Notes: generated by a model from the sequence alone, not told the origin. A stretch of DNA of 64,000 nucleotides from Carcharhinus longimanus (GCA_030264375.1 JASCQW010000072.1:84703884-84767883); one strand, 5' to 3'; shown: positions 12,604 to 25,934, numbered from the stretch's first letter. Translations and numbers: made by a program.

Positions 12604-14581
12604 CTGAAAATGATGACAAAGACATAACTTTCAAACATGCAGTTTTATGATCAATCTTCAAAACAAATGCAGATATTTAATATGAAGTGTTTCACATCCA
12701 ACATTAATCAGCTAAGGCAATAGTCAATAGTGGGATTCTCTGGCGTCCCCATGATGCCTTTCTCGCAGCGGGAGGCAGCATGCCACTGGTCTGGAAGATC
12801 CCACTGGTATTGGCCCCTCCACCAAGGGGAGAAGTTTTTTCCTGTCTACTCTATCTGTACCCCTCATACATCACAGTCATGTCCTCCCCTCAGTCTCCAA
12901 AAACTTACAGTATAAATAACTTGTTCACAGTTTAAACATCTAATAGCCATCTTTAATTTACCCATATACTAAAGAAGGACATGCAAAAAACTTTACTTGA
13001 ACATCTAAATTCTCACCAATTAATACAATAAACAAATTAGCCAGTTGAAATGATCCCTTGTAGTCACAACCATGATAAAACTGAACTAAGGATTTTTACT
13101 TTAAGAAGGTGTCTTGATGATAAATTTTTCCCTCTGGAGCACACATCAAGCAGTTGGTAGGGGTATTTTATGCAGCCATCTGTGTTTAATGAGCACATGC
13201 ATATAAAGGGGGTCTGGGGAAGGAGAATCTAGAGACTGTTTGATTGGGCCAAGACTGAATTCAGGTCTGGAGAAGCTGAGATAGAAGGTTGGAGGGCACT
13301 GGTGAAGGGAGGGATATTCACAAAATTCACTATTGAAAAAGAAAATCCTTTGGAACTGTTACCCACAGGTCACTTTAATGAATCTTTGCACGTTAAATAT
13401 TTTAATGGTCTGGATTTTGCAGTGGTGAAGTTGTGGAACTTTCACTGATTTGAAAGAAAGCTGCCCACGAAGATCTGGGCCTGAATTTTAAATCAGTCTG
13501 GCATGTACACTCAGCACATCCAGAAGTGGGCACAAAACGCTACGGTCAGCACTGAAATTTTAATTCACATTGGCTGGTCAAGTAAAGTTCAGCTGGCATG
13601 AAACACATACAAGGAAAGGCTCAGTGCTGTTGGGGAGAGCAGGAAAGGGCAGTATCTGAGTAAAAAGAAAGTGCAGGCATGCATCTCTAACATGCTCCCA
13701 CCAACTTTTGGTGTGATTTCACACACTTCTGAGTTGGGAGCACACCTGCCTGAATAAAGTAAAATTCTGGCCCTAGAGATTCATCTGGCACAGATTTCCC
13801 CTTTCCCAAAGGCAGTTTAAATTTTGCAAGTCAACTGAACTGCAGTAATGTCAACAAGAAGATTAAATAGTGAATCATATTGAAGCATTTCCACAAACAG
13901 CAAACTAGGAAGTTAAAAGCATTGAACCAGATTATTATTAATATAAAATTTCAGATTACAAAATAATTGGATTAAGATAGAAGTTAAAATAAAGATAAAC
14001 TTTTTAAATAACAAAAAACTTTAGCATAATAGAGAAATTTGACATTTCACAAAAATAAAGTTAGTTCTTCAAGGTCAACAATGGTGTTCTGCTAAATGTA
14101 ACTTTGTCAAGAGTTAGAGTGTTAAGAGTGAAAGTTAATTTCAGTTCAAAGATTTCCCATTGAATGCAGGTCCACCAAGCAATACTGCATCCCCTGGAGA
14201 AACATATAAGCACTGACAGTAACTTCCAGATTTTGGGAATACTCTACACATTTGTGGACTCCTGAAGTTCTGAACTGTTTCAGTGGAGTAATGGTGGTCA
14301 ATGTGACAATAAGCTTCTCATTGGTTTCTATAAAATGCATTAGTCACCCATTTCAACACGTCTAAAAACCCTGTCAAGGGAGCTTCAGGCAGCTAATGGA
14401 CAAGCAGTCTTTTTCTCCAATCTTTCATTGCTAATTACCCATTTTCCAATGTGAATAGGACAGGACGTGATTGAAAATTTCTCTCTCTCATAATATTATG
14501 ATTAAGGTCCTGCAATGTAAACTGATAATCTGTATAGTATAGATAACCCTCATAGACTTTTATTTCTATCTTCTGACATAT

Positions 14582-14900
14582 GGGCGGCATGGTGGCACAG
14601 TGGTTAGCACTGCTGCCTCACAGTGCCTGGGACCAGAGTTCAATTCTGGCCTCAGGTCACTGTGTGTGTAGAGTTTGCTCATTCTCCCTGTGTCTGTGTG
14701 GGTTTCCTCAGGGTGCTCCAGTTTCCACCCACATTCCAAAGATGTGTGGGTTAGGTGATTGGCTATGCCACATTTCCCCTTAGTGTCAGGGGGATTAGCA
14801 GGGTAAATATGTGGAGTTATGTGAATAGACTCTGGGTGGAATTGGTGTCAGTGCAGACTTGATGGGCTGAATGGCCTCCTTCTGCACTGTAGATTTTCGA
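14582..14900 (+). mobile_element. HE1-type V-SINE (CR1-like tail)
   Basis: gggcggcatggtggcacagtggttagcactgctgcctcacag head; tail gatgggctgaatggcctccttctgcactgtag. Confidence 0.88.
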
Positions 14901-15404
14901 TGATATTTTCACCCCTCCCTAAAAGATTGTTCATGTTAATTATTTATACTTATAAACATAATCATGTTAGAAACAGTATCTAATTGAACAATTGTCCATC
15001 ATACTGGAACATTGGATCACAAGTATGAATAAATGGTTAAACATCATGATATCAATCAGTGAAGAAAGTAAACAGCGTTTATCAAAAATTAAAACCAAAG
15101 CATGCAACTTAGGAGTAATAGTATTGGAATGACTATTCCTTTTACTGGACTTACTGCTAGCTGGAATGGCAACTGGGAAATGAATTGAAGGACCCAGAAG
15201 AAAAGATTCCCAAATCTCATTGTTCTTCGGAGCATTGAACCTGGTGGCTGTGGCTGTGGTGAGTGCCTGATTTAAATTGAAAACCGCTTTTTTTCTGTAC
15301 TTCCNNNNNNNNNNNNNNNNNNNNNNNNNNNNNNNNNNNNNNNNNNNNNNNNNNNNNNNNNNNNNNNNNNNNNNNNNNNNNNNNNNNNNNNNNNNNNNNN
15401 NNNN

Positions 15405-15482
15405 GGTGATGCGGCGGCGCGGGCTCATTGGGCCGAAGGGCCTGTTTCCCGTGCTGGGTTGTTCTTTGTTCTTTGTTCTTTT
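15405..15482 (+). mobile_element. CR1-type LINE 3' end abutting a gap
   Basis: gggccgaagggcctgtttcccgtgctg followed by (ttgttct)n tail. Confidence 0.7.
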
Positions 15483-15641
15483 TGTAAATCAACATACCAA
15501 AGGGAAATGGATTTCCCTCCCAACTATGAGTGAGCTGAAAACTGATGGGCAGTGTCCTACAATGAAAACTAAAATTACTCAACTAAGCCAGAAAAATGCT
15601 TTCTTTACTACAAGTAGTTTTCTAATAAATTTCAGAGATAA

Positions 15642-15777
15642 AGGCCAGATTCTCCAATCTCCCATGCAGCTGGGATTCTCCTGTCCTGCTGTAATGAAAA
15701 GAGATTTGGCTGAGCGCCAAATTCTCCATTCTTGCTGGCAGCGGAGGCAGGACATGAAAATCTGGAGATTTCCAGCC
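15642..15777. mobile_element. MITE, same family
   Basis: ggccagattctcc...ggagatttccagcc; core gagatttggctgagcgccaaattctcc. Confidence 0.6.
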
Positions 15778-15902
15778 AAGGTCTTCCTTTAGTTTGTTGT
15801 ACAAGAGCAAGAGATGGTGAACATGTTTTAATTATCACTAGTATTCAGTTGCATTAGAAATAAACACTGGAAGATGAACTAGAAATTGCAGTGACTACTC
15901 AC

Positions 15903-15977
15903 CACATTCCTGAGGAACTAATTGCCACTTCTCCAGGTGAGTATTCTGCACCCATAAAATAACAAGGACAATCATTC
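15903..15977 (-). CDS. OTOG: Otogelin exon, E2 first half (NDCPCYFMGAEYSPGEVAISSSGM)
   Basis: 75 nt, CAG/GTGAGT, phase 2-2, CPC...G..Y.PG motif. Confidence 0.94.
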
Positions 15978-16774
15978 CTGCAAAAGTCAATTACATCATT
16001 TCAAATCTTATTTATACAATACATTCACTAAATTCATGTACGTGTGCTATGGGGAAATTGTATGGATTAAACATAGCACTTCAAATTGCAATCAAAAATC
16101 AGTTTTGAAATGTGAATAGAAAAACAATGGTCCCAAGGCAGTTGAGATTTTTGCTTAAGCTATACTTAAAGTGAGCATCCTTTTACCAGATACATTTTAT
16201 ATCATAACATGTAACTTGTATTATGCTGAGAAGTGCTGATTATCAAGGTATATGTTAAAGTAAATATTTATCTTATAGATTCTAAATCTCTTTTAAGAGG
16301 GGCCCACAAAACAGATTAATATCCATAGTTCAGCTATATGTACACATTAATATATTTATAGTCAACTTTATTAAATGTGTGGTCTATAATTGGAAGTGCT
16401 AGTTGCTCTATTGTGACAAAGCCTACAAATTTCTAAATCAGCGTGAAAATTGTTGTGTTGGCTAATGCCTCACTTTGATAATGAAAATCTCAGAAGTGGT
16501 AACTATGGCTTTTGAACAAATTTGAATGTTAAAAGCTTTCGCCAGCCTTGGAAATTACCTATTCCCAATTATCACTGGCTTCTCTCCTCTTCTGTTTTTC
16601 TTGAGACATCCATAACCATTAATTGAACTAAACAACAGTTTAACATAAATTAATAGTTTACAAACTCACAATAAAGGCAACCAGGACATATTTTTCAATG
16701 AGAGAATCTTTTGGTAGTCATTAAAAAACGCAAGGAGAGATTTTGGTGAAGTGATGGAGGCCTCTCTCGGGTTC

Positions 16775-16900
16775 TTTTTGCTCTTTCAGGGATTGTGGGC
16801 ATCACTGGCTAGGCCAGCATTTATTGCCCATCCCGAACTGCCCTTGAGAAGGTGTGGTGAACTGCATTCTTGAACCGCTATGGTGCATGGGGCATTGGTA
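16775..16900 (-). mobile_element. CR1/L2-group LINE 3' end
   Basis: Reverse complement reads gggcagttcgggatgggcaataaatgctggcctagccagtgatgcccacaatcc; related decayed copy at about 54480-54680 (+). Confidence 0.6.
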
Positions 16901-18388
16901 CATACACAGTATTGTTCAAGAGTTCCAGCATTTTGACCCACTTTACCACAACATTGCCAGGAGAAGGCAATCAAGAGCCAGCAAGGGTGGGGGAGGCGTT
17001 GTTGGGTGGCCAATTCAGGTCAGCAGAGGGCCAGCAGCTTCAGATCTTCATGGTGTAGCTGAGAAAGGTGACCAGTGCTGAGGCCAAAAAAAGAATGCAG
17101 AGGTACCTACATTTTGAGTCACCCCAGAAGGTTGAGCATTACATAAATTCATAGCTAGGCCTGGCAGGCTGGGGCCCAGAGAATGGAGCTAAAATCTCTC
17201 TAGTGAAAGAGTTGGGGCCGTCAGAGCGCCATTCACTGCTGGCAGCCCACTTTGTGCAGCATGAGACCCAGTACTAAGGTCCAAGCCCTTGGAATCCACT
17301 GTGAGCTATGGGTTGGCTGCCCTGCCAATGGTAAAATGCCAATAGTTTGGGAAAATTGTCCTTAATTGGGCCATTAGTCACTTAAATTAGTTGCCTGTTG
17401 AAGAAAGATGGGCAACTAACCCATTGCCATTTCCATTGCTGAGAAATTTCCCAGTGGTAGGCTATGTCTGGTAGTCATTTTAATGTAGCCGCATGGCATT
17501 CAGCCAATTGGGCAGTGGGTAGAATTCTGCCCACAATCTCCACAAAACTTTTGGCAACAATCATATTCTACACATCATGTAATTAAAGAATATCTTATCT
17601 TAAAGAAACCAGCAACTGAATTTCCAGTTGGGAAGCTGAAGTACGTTCTTTTGGAAAAGAATGTGTCAGGGAATTACTGGCTGTTTTGCTGCATGGTTTT
17701 GCAATATAAGACAGCTGCATTCCACAAACAGAATAATATAAAATTACAACTGGGAGCGCTTCCAAAAACTAGGAGCTTATTAACCCCATTAACTGCACTA
17801 AACAATCTGAAAGAATATAAAGCTGTGTAGGATTGTGAATATCAAAAATTGATTAATCAGCAGAGGAGTATCAAAGTTACAGTAACATAACAATATTGAC
17901 AACTAGTTGACCCACTGGAAAGTAATGCTAAAGTGAACAGAGAAAGTTTCAAGTATCTTTTCTGTTTCAGTAATATGTGCAAAACATTTACTTCAAATAT
18001 AGCACAAAGGTTTTCAGCCATTGTTGCATACAATCTAAGCATGAGTTGGGAATTAAGATATTCAGTTTAGTGTTATTTTTATTTTCAGGGAAGGAAACAG
18101 GGTCATTTACATATTTGAAATTGTTGGATTAGTTTGCATCGAATGATACAACCTGGAAGAAGGCTATTCAGCCCACCACGTTAGTGTCAACCAACTAAAT
18201 ACAGCCTTAAAAAGCTCAAATATTAATGAGATTGAGACAAATTATCTCATGGACCTCCATAAAATATCAATGACCATCATTTGATCTTGGATGTTCCTCA
18301 AACATCCTTCGATAAATGTCATATACTCCTCTCATGGGTGCAACTGGCCTATCTGCAGTCTTGCAGCATAATAAGGAAAAAACATTAT

Positions 18389-18523
18389 GGCTGGGATTTT
18401 TGACCATTCACACCCCGTCGTCGCTGCAAGCAATGACCGAAAATTTAGCGCTCAGCCATCTCTCCAATCAGTGCAGTGGGCTCAGAAAATCCCGCCGGCA
18501 TGAACAGTCAGAAAATTCCACCC
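18389..18523. mobile_element. MITE, same family
   Basis: ggctgggattttt...gaaaattccaccc; core aatttagcgctcagccatctctcc. Confidence 0.6.
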
Positions 18524-18634
18524 TATAACTTTGAATTGTATTGCTTAAATTATATATCACATGCAACAGTTAAATTATTCAAAAGGGCATTTCAACAAGC
18601 AATCCTCTTCTGATTCATAAATGTTGTCACTTAC

Positions 18635-18800
18635 TTCTTCACGCACGTGTGTGATCTGGTGTTGTAAAATGTACCGTCAGGGCAGTTGCATCCTTCAGCA
18701 CATTCACCAAAACATTCTTCTGGCGTAGATATTGACTCGCAGGTCTGATTACAGAATGATACACAAGTGCCATACTTCATTGTGTCTGGGCACTGAATGG
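18635..18800 (-). CDS. OTOG: Otogelin exon, TIL-2 (IQCPDTMKYGTCVSFCNQTCESISTPEECFGECAEGCNCPDGTFYNTRSHTCVK)
   Basis: 166 nt, CAG/GTAAG, phase 1-2. Confidence 0.96.
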
Positions 18801-19986
18801 CTGTAGAGATTAAACATATGCATGAAGGGTATTATTTATCAGGGAAAATTCAGGATATTTTCAGTTAGCCATTAGAAATTTATTGTTTCAGGAAACATGG
18901 ATGATGCCGTTATTGGAATATTTGAGAACTGCAACGTATCATTTTAGGTTCAATCTATACAACGGAGTAAGTGATAACAAGCAGAAACTAGGGATAGAAT
19001 TTTAAAATCAGGGCTGGGAACTTGACTCGAGTAATTTTTGGGCCCTGGCCCTGCACCACAATTGTATCACCGGGAGACAGGAGCTGCTTGCTGAGCGTGA
19101 ATGGCAAAGACAAACTGCAGACATGATGGAGCCTGACACAGTCTTGCAGAAGAGAGCAGACCTTGGCAAACCAAAAGCCTTACTGAATTAAAAAGTGACC
19201 AAATGGCTCAACGCAAGATAAAGCACAAGATCCTCCAACTCCTGAAATTTTTCAGCATTAGTAAAAACTTTAACTTCTGTCCACTTTGAACCCAAAAGCT
19301 GTAAATTAAGTTGCAACAGACTGTTCATGTTTGGAGATTTCAGCTTTGGAACTCATATTCTTACTCTCCACAAGTTCCTTGAGAAGTTTACTGGGCCAAT
19401 TAGTGGCAAGTAGATTCCTTGATTGCTCCCTCCCTCTCTCCCTTTGGAAATTGCATTGTGTTTCTGTGGCAATGAGGTCAATTTTTAAATCATACCCTCA
19501 CCCCTTCCTGATGCTATCAGCTATTGAAAATCCAGACCTGTGTTTCTCCAGAGGAAAATAGAAAAGATATAGGAACCTAGATAATTAGTCATAGTCTATG
19601 AATGATCTCAGTCACTTAACTGAGAGAAATAATTGATTATTTAGCTTGAGGGACATGGCTCCACATCAACCAGTGGGTAGGGCAAGAAGGCAGTTCTCAA
19701 GTCTCCCTCAGCTGGAACAGGAATCGAAACTATGTTGTTGGTATTATTCTAAGACACACTGTAGTCATCTACCCAACTGAATTAACACTCTCGTCTTTTT
19801 TTCAGGTCTGAAGAAAATAATCACAGATTTTTATGTTTTTATAAACCCAAAAACAAAATTACTCATTCTGAATAATAGCACCCAGATGATTAGTTTACAG
19901 GCACCCTGATATATCATGGATTGAAAGGCTTTCTCATATCTCACTATTTCCATGTTGCTTAATTTTACTCATATTATACATCACAT

Positions 19987-20783
19987 CATAGAATATCTAC
20001 AGTACAGAAGGAGACCATTCAGCCTATCAGGTTAACAACCTCAGGCTAAAGGGACAATCCTTTAAAACAGAAATGAGGAGGAATTTCTTCAGCCAGAGAG
20101 TGGTGAATCTGTGGAACTCTTTGCCGCAGAAGACTGTNNNNNNNNNNNNNNNNNNNNNNNNNNNNNNNNNNNNNNNNNNNNNNNNNNNNNNNNNNNNNNN
20201 NNNNNNNNNNNNNNNNNNNNNNNNNNNNNNNNNNNNNACAACCTCAGGCTAAAGGGACGATCCTTTAAAACAGAAATGAGGAGGAATTTCTTCAGCCAGA
20301 GAGTGGTGAATCTGCGGAACTCTTTGCCGCAGGAGGCTGTGGAGGCCAGGCCATTGAGTGTCTTTAAGACAGAGACAGATAGGTCCTTGATTAATAAGGA
20401 TTATGGGAAAGGCAGGAGAATGGGGATGAGAAAAATATCAGCTTTGATTGAATGGTGGAGCAGACTTGATGGGCCAAATGGCCTAATTCTGCTCTTATGC
20501 CTTATGATCTTATGTACTGACCAACTATTCCACCCAGGCCTTATTCCCACAACCCCATGCATTTACTCTGCTAATCCCACAGACACTTGGGTCAATTTAG
20601 TGTGGTCAATCAATCTGACCCGCACAGCTTTGGATTTGGGAGGAAACTGGAGCGCCCAGAGAAAACATGGGGAGAACGTGCAAACTCCACACAAACAATG
20701 AGCTGAGGCCGGAATTGAATCTGGGATCCTGGCGCTGTGAGGCACGGTGGCAGCAGTGCTAAACAGTATGCCTCTGTGCTGCC
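19987..20783 (-). mobile_element. HE1-type V-SINE interrupted by a CR1 fragment
   Basis: SINE tail 19987-20032; SINE body and head 20515-20783. Confidence 0.8.
20033..20514 (+). mobile_element. CR1-type LINE 3' fragment (ORF2 C-terminus plus tail)
   Basis: NLRLKGRSFKTEMRRNFFSQRVVNL(W/R)NSLPQEAVEA..LSVFKTE.DR.L; tail gatgggccaaatggcctaattctgctc. Confidence 0.9.
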
Positions 20784-22039
20784 TTTTGATACATAAATTT
20801 ATTTGTTATATAAACTAAATTTGTTACATATATTTTAAATTACCATTGTTAATAATTATAAATTCTGCCAACAAGATTATTAGTTTAATTAATTCTAAAG
20901 AAGTATAAATTCTTTAATCATATAGTCACAATGGGCTGGATTTAGTGCAACTCATTATTGTGGAAACATGGCCCTCTGATCCACTTAACAATGGGAATGG
21001 CAAACATCTCTGATTATATGGAGGCAGAAGGGGTTGACACAGAATTCCTGGTTGCCCGTGGCCGATGTCAAATTAATGAGTCAATTGATATCCATTATTC
21101 TTGAGCCCATTGCATGTTAATGGTGGCTCAGGGATTAAATGGTGAGCCACAGAGCCTTCACACAACCTCAGAAAACCACCCAGAAAACTTTAAGAGAAAA
21201 TGTCAGAAAATCTCAGCAGGTCTGGCAGCATCTGTAAGGAGAGAAGAGAGCTGAAGTTTGTCAAAGCTTTTACCCAGAAAACTTCATCAGATGTCAGCTT
21301 AAGGTTATGTCCCTCACAGTCAGGCACTTTATGCCTGGTCAATGGACCCAGCATCGGGCAAGAAGTTGATTGCCAAAAGCTATGTCCTCCTATTACATCC
21401 AACCAACCTCCTCACCTGAGCTTCCATCTTCAATACCTCACACCTGGACTTCACTCACCTGTAGCCTAGGATTACATGATGACCCTCGGCCTTTGATGAG
21501 TTCATTGCCACCAGCAACCATCACTCTGGCTGATGTTATTGGCATGAGAGGCTACCAGCCTCTGATTGGCCCTCTGCTCTCTGCAGGCACCACCACCACT
21601 GGGGATCTCAGTCTTTTAATGCCTAAAAGGCAATTGATTCTGTGGGGCCTCCTCAGTGAACCTGGTGGAGGTTGCCTATCAGTTGGCTGACTATTGGGCA
21701 AGAACCCCATTAGTCAACAAAATCCTGGCTAAATTTTCCTTTTTAATACTCTTTCAAAACGTAGTTACATTTTTGTGGTAAATCAGAATACATGTCCCAT
21801 GACCTAAGATAAGGTGACGTCCAGTTCTACTTTGAATTCGGTTCATAGAATATAATGCATATTTTTCCCATCAAGAAATTTCATTCTATGTAACCAATAC
21901 AGACATAATGCTTCCAGCATCTGAGCTTGAACAGATATGTTTTGCTCCCCCTCCTTACATATATCATTACATTTCCTTATTAGATGAACAAAACATAATT
22001 TAAAAATATATATGTTTTACAGAACGTATCAAGTAAGAT

Positions 22040-22312
22040 TAGATTTAGTCACAAGTAAGGCTTACATTGACATTGCAATAAAGTTACTGTGAAATTCTCC
22101 TTGTTGCTACATTTCAGCACCTGTTCAGGTCAATGCAGCTAACCAGCACATCTTTCAGACTGTGGGAGGATACCAGAGCACCCAGAGGAAACCCACACAG
22201 ACACGGGAAGAACGTGCAAACTTCACACAGACAGTGACCCAAGTCAGGAATCGAACCCAGGTCTCTGGCGCTATGGGGCAGCAGTGCTAACCACTGTGCC
22301 ACTATGCCGCCC
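22040..22312 (-). mobile_element. tRNA-derived V-SINE, tail type B
   Basis: Head gggcggcatagtggcacagtggttagc on minus; tail ..cacagtaactttattgcaatgtcaatgtaagccttacttgtgactaa. Confidence 0.85.
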
Positions 22313-23409
22313 TGTATTGGTTTAAAGAGATAACAGAATAATGTCACAACCTTCCTAGTTGATATCAGCCATTTCCTGGTAACTGTGCTTAAAAGACAGT
22401 AGTCCTACAATTTAGTGTGCCAGCTGAATCTGATGGATACATTGTGGGTCATCCATCATTAAAACAACCATTTTCTACTCTTGCTCATCTTCCCACAGTG
22501 CAAATAGTGGACCAAGTTCAATACTCAAGCATAAACAACATAGGTCAAGGTTTTCTGTTCAATCTGCCTCACGTTTTATGCCGATGAATGTGGCCCACCA
22601 TTGGTCAGCTGTGGGACCAGAAGTCAATGACGTTTTCCATTGACTGCACCCCTCACTGCCATGAAACCCATCACAGAGGGGCGCTGTCGGTGGGTTTAGA
22701 AGATTCTGCCAGCATGAATAGGTGAAAAGCTCTAGCCATAGTGTCAGCTTTGCCTCAGATATGTAACAATTCAATTTTCTGCAATGTTATATTTCATGAG
22801 AAGGTCTACAGTGCACCATGCATGCATTTTGGGACTTTAGAACAGTGGCCGGAATTTTCCCATCCTGCCCGCCATGGGAATCAAAGTGGGCGGGGGCAGA
22901 CCATGCNNNNNNNNNNCCATTATATCCTTTGATTTAAATATCTAATATTGAAATAATCGCCTTAACAAACACAACACTTTTTCAATAGTTTATAAGCCTC
23001 TCTTGTTCTTCCTACAAAATCCCCTCTCTATCACGTATCAAATCTGTTAAAATGAAAATCATTACACCATACCCTATTCTTTCATTCTCTTCCATGATAT
23101 CTACAATTGTATTTATTTTGTTGCTCCTCTTAAATTTGGGTTTATAATTATTACTTCCTGATTCACTCAAAGTTTCTTTATTGCACTTTTCACTCTCGTT
23201 ATTCTTTCTTAATTTAGCAAGTTGCAAATTTCAATCTAGAAAGAGAACAATTCTATCCAGTTATAAGAAAAAGTAATTAAAACAATGGAACTTCTTCACT
23301 TACAAATGTGACAATCCAAATGTTTCTGCTGTAAGTTGAAATTAGAGAAAACGTCCTGTTTGCTTAAAAGGTAAATGTGCATAGAAAATAGTAATGAAGT
23401 ATTACTTAC

Positions 23410-23622
23410 CACACTCTATGACGGTGGATCTGAAGTCTATGAAAATGCCATAACTTCTACATTGTCGAGCATAGTGGGCCACAGCAGAGCACATACATGT
23501 TTCTCCACACTTGCAGGTGTCTGTTTTGCATTGTTGTTGATACAGGTCAGGATTCAAATATTGATGGCACGATGCAAACAGATATCCACCAATAATGCTA
23601 CACTTCTCTGTAGCATATGAGG
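23410..23622 (-). CDS. OTOG: Otogelin exon, C8-2 (ASYATEKCSIIGGYLFASCHQYLNPDLYQQQCKTDTCKCGETCMCSAVAHYARQCRSYGIFIDFRSTVIEC)
   Basis: 213 nt, CAG/GTAAG, phase 1-1. Confidence 0.96.
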
Positions 23623-24037
23623 CTGCAGATGAAACATTAAAAAAAAACGAAATGTTGAGAAATGTTTCTTTTACAAAATAAAAATCTTCCTGTTGTAAGT
23701 GTGGAGTGTAAAGTTAATTAAATCTTTTCACCATTAGCCAATGGTTCGATATCAAACTTTCTCAACCACGTTCTCATTCATCTCTGCTTTGAATCATGAA
23801 GAACACAAATTTGAGCAAGCTAGAGTGACAGCAAACTTTCAACTCTTCTTTGCTTTCATGTATGGAAAGATTTATTGGGCAGGATTCCCTACCAGTGTTC
23901 GCTATGGGTGAAAATGGTGATGTGGTGGAAGATCTCACAAGATTGCTGAAACGAGAATCTCAGCAGTGAGATCACATTTTCTAATTTAACCTACCCCTTG
24001 CCAGAGATGTAACGAGGTTCCCACCCAGAAATGTCAG

Positions 24038-24256
24038 TGTCATATATATATATTGGGGTATGTACATGTCCCTTTAAGTGCCGGTCATGTGTGGGAAGGG
24101 GGGAGGAGTGGGGCTTAAGTCGGAACCCAGTTAACCAGTCTAGGGTTTGACTGCGGGATAGTATACATGTCTAATAAGAAGGTTCCCATTGTTTAAGTTT
24201 ACGAGGCATACTTCATGTTCTTTTTCCACAATACGTTGCTAAATACATACATAACA
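24038..24256. mobile_element. Solo LTR (TG...CA), probably Gypsy/BEL class
   Basis: Ends TGTCATAT...ACATAACA (imperfect inverted termini), flanked by gtcag/gccag (5-bp TSD, one mismatch), inside a TIR element. Confidence 0.6.
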
Positions 24257-25004
24257 GCCAGCTGCAGGAAATGCATATGTGAATGTTAGCTGTTGTCCTG
24301 AGTATAAATTACTAAATTAAAGGGCTTCCTTGCCATACATTCCCTCCCCACATTAAAAATTCCCTGCTTGAGAATTCCTTCACTGCCGGTGTGATACACA
24401 GGGAAGTCCAGCTCCTCCAGAGGGAGGGGGACATGCCCCGCATTACCCTGGCATTGCCCCTGGCACTGCCCTGGCACTGGAATTGCTCTGTCACAGGTGA
24501 GCAAAGTAAAAGCATTTGGACTAGAAATTGGGTTACTCAGCTTTTCAGCTGCAGGCAGACATAAGTCTGACAATGGGGAAATCTTCCGATTTTAGTACTG
24601 GCTCTGGTGAAAAAAACAGGCATGCATCTCCACAGCTGCAGTTCCTTTGGAGATGAGCCGCACATAAATTTGGCGCTCTCACCTATTTACCATGGTCGTG
24701 GAGTGGAACAGAGCAATTTCCTGCTGCTGGTTGCCTCTTTGTTAATGTCATTGGCCATTGTACTCAGCAGGAGTCGGATCAGCTTTGTACTAATAGCACA
24801 TGGTGTAGCCTCTCTGCCTCTTCTTAAATGCCGTCTGTCCTTCTTAAAGGGAAGATGGGCTAAATAATATTGCTGCAATTTCATGGGAAATGAAACTGCA
24901 AATGGTCTGGATTGATGTGGTGTTGGATGTGTGCAGGAGGAGAGATGTCATGGTTCAGTGGAAAAGCCAGGTACCCTCAAGGACTGCCCTCGAAGTAACA
25001 GCAG

Positions 25005-25270
25005 ATGATCCCACCCAGGCCCTACCCCCATAACCCCACATACTTACCCACTAATCCCTCTAGCCTGTGCATCACAGGACACTAAGGGGCAATTTTAGCA
25101 TGGCCAATCAGCCTAACTCGCACATCTTAGGACTGTGGGAGGAAACCAGAGCACCCAGAGGATATCTATGCAGGCACAAGGAGAACGCGCAAACTCCACA
25201 CAGACAATGACCCTAGCCGGGAATCGAACCCAGGCCACTGGAGCTGTGAAGTAGCAGTGCTAACCATTAC
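25005..25270 (-). mobile_element. HE1-type V-SINE
   Basis: ggactgtgggaggaaaccagagcacccagagg..gggaatcgaacccagg..agcagtgctaacca. Confidence 0.85.
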
Positions 25271-25809
25271 TAATCACTAATCTATAAACTTAATAATTGA
25301 GACAGAGACCAAAAAATATACCTTCATTTTCAGCACTGCCCTTGTTCTTTTGAACTTTTCATTTGTTTTTTTAATGCTTTTTAAAAGTCTTACCAGCAAC
25401 ACTTCAGTGCATTATCTTGGCTGCATATAAAATCCATATGATATTGGCATCACAAATATTCTCTAATGACCAAGGCGCGAATGTTCCAGCCCCTCATGCC
25501 CAGTGGAATCTTTTCATCCCACTGATGTGAGTGAAGGTTTCAATGGTCCCACAGNNNNNNNNNNNNNNNNNNNNNNNNNNNNNNNNNNNNNNNNNNNNNN
25601 NNNNNNNNNNNNNNNNNNNNNNNNNNNNNNNNNNNNNNNNNNNNNNNNNNNNNNCAATGGTCCCACAGCGGTGGAGGAGGCTGGAAAATTCCAGCCTAAT
25701 TTGAACTGGTATTCCATAAAGACATCCAAATCACCTTAGCAGTAAAGCCAAACAGATTGGAATATGATCAAGACTAATAATAACCAAGTTCACTTCACCC
25801 AAGACTCAC

Positions 25810-25934
25810 CAGATTGCTGATGCATGTCACATGGATCTACCTCAGGAACGTTGGTACCTGGGTTACATGCTGTGGAGATTCTCCAGGAATTGGCAAACAG
25901 CTGTGGTGTGCTTTCAATCATTCCCCCAGGGGAC
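25810..25934 (-). CDS. OTOG: Otogelin exon, VWD2-C8 linker (SPGGMIESTPQLFANSWRISTACNPGTNVPEVDPCDMHQQS)
   Basis: 125 nt, AAG/GTGAGT, phase 2-1, ESTPQLF.NSW motif. Confidence 0.94.

Noticed and set aside
14582-14660. tRNA gene
   Set aside because: A/B boxes belong to SINE heads; no cloverleaf; the same holds for the other copies
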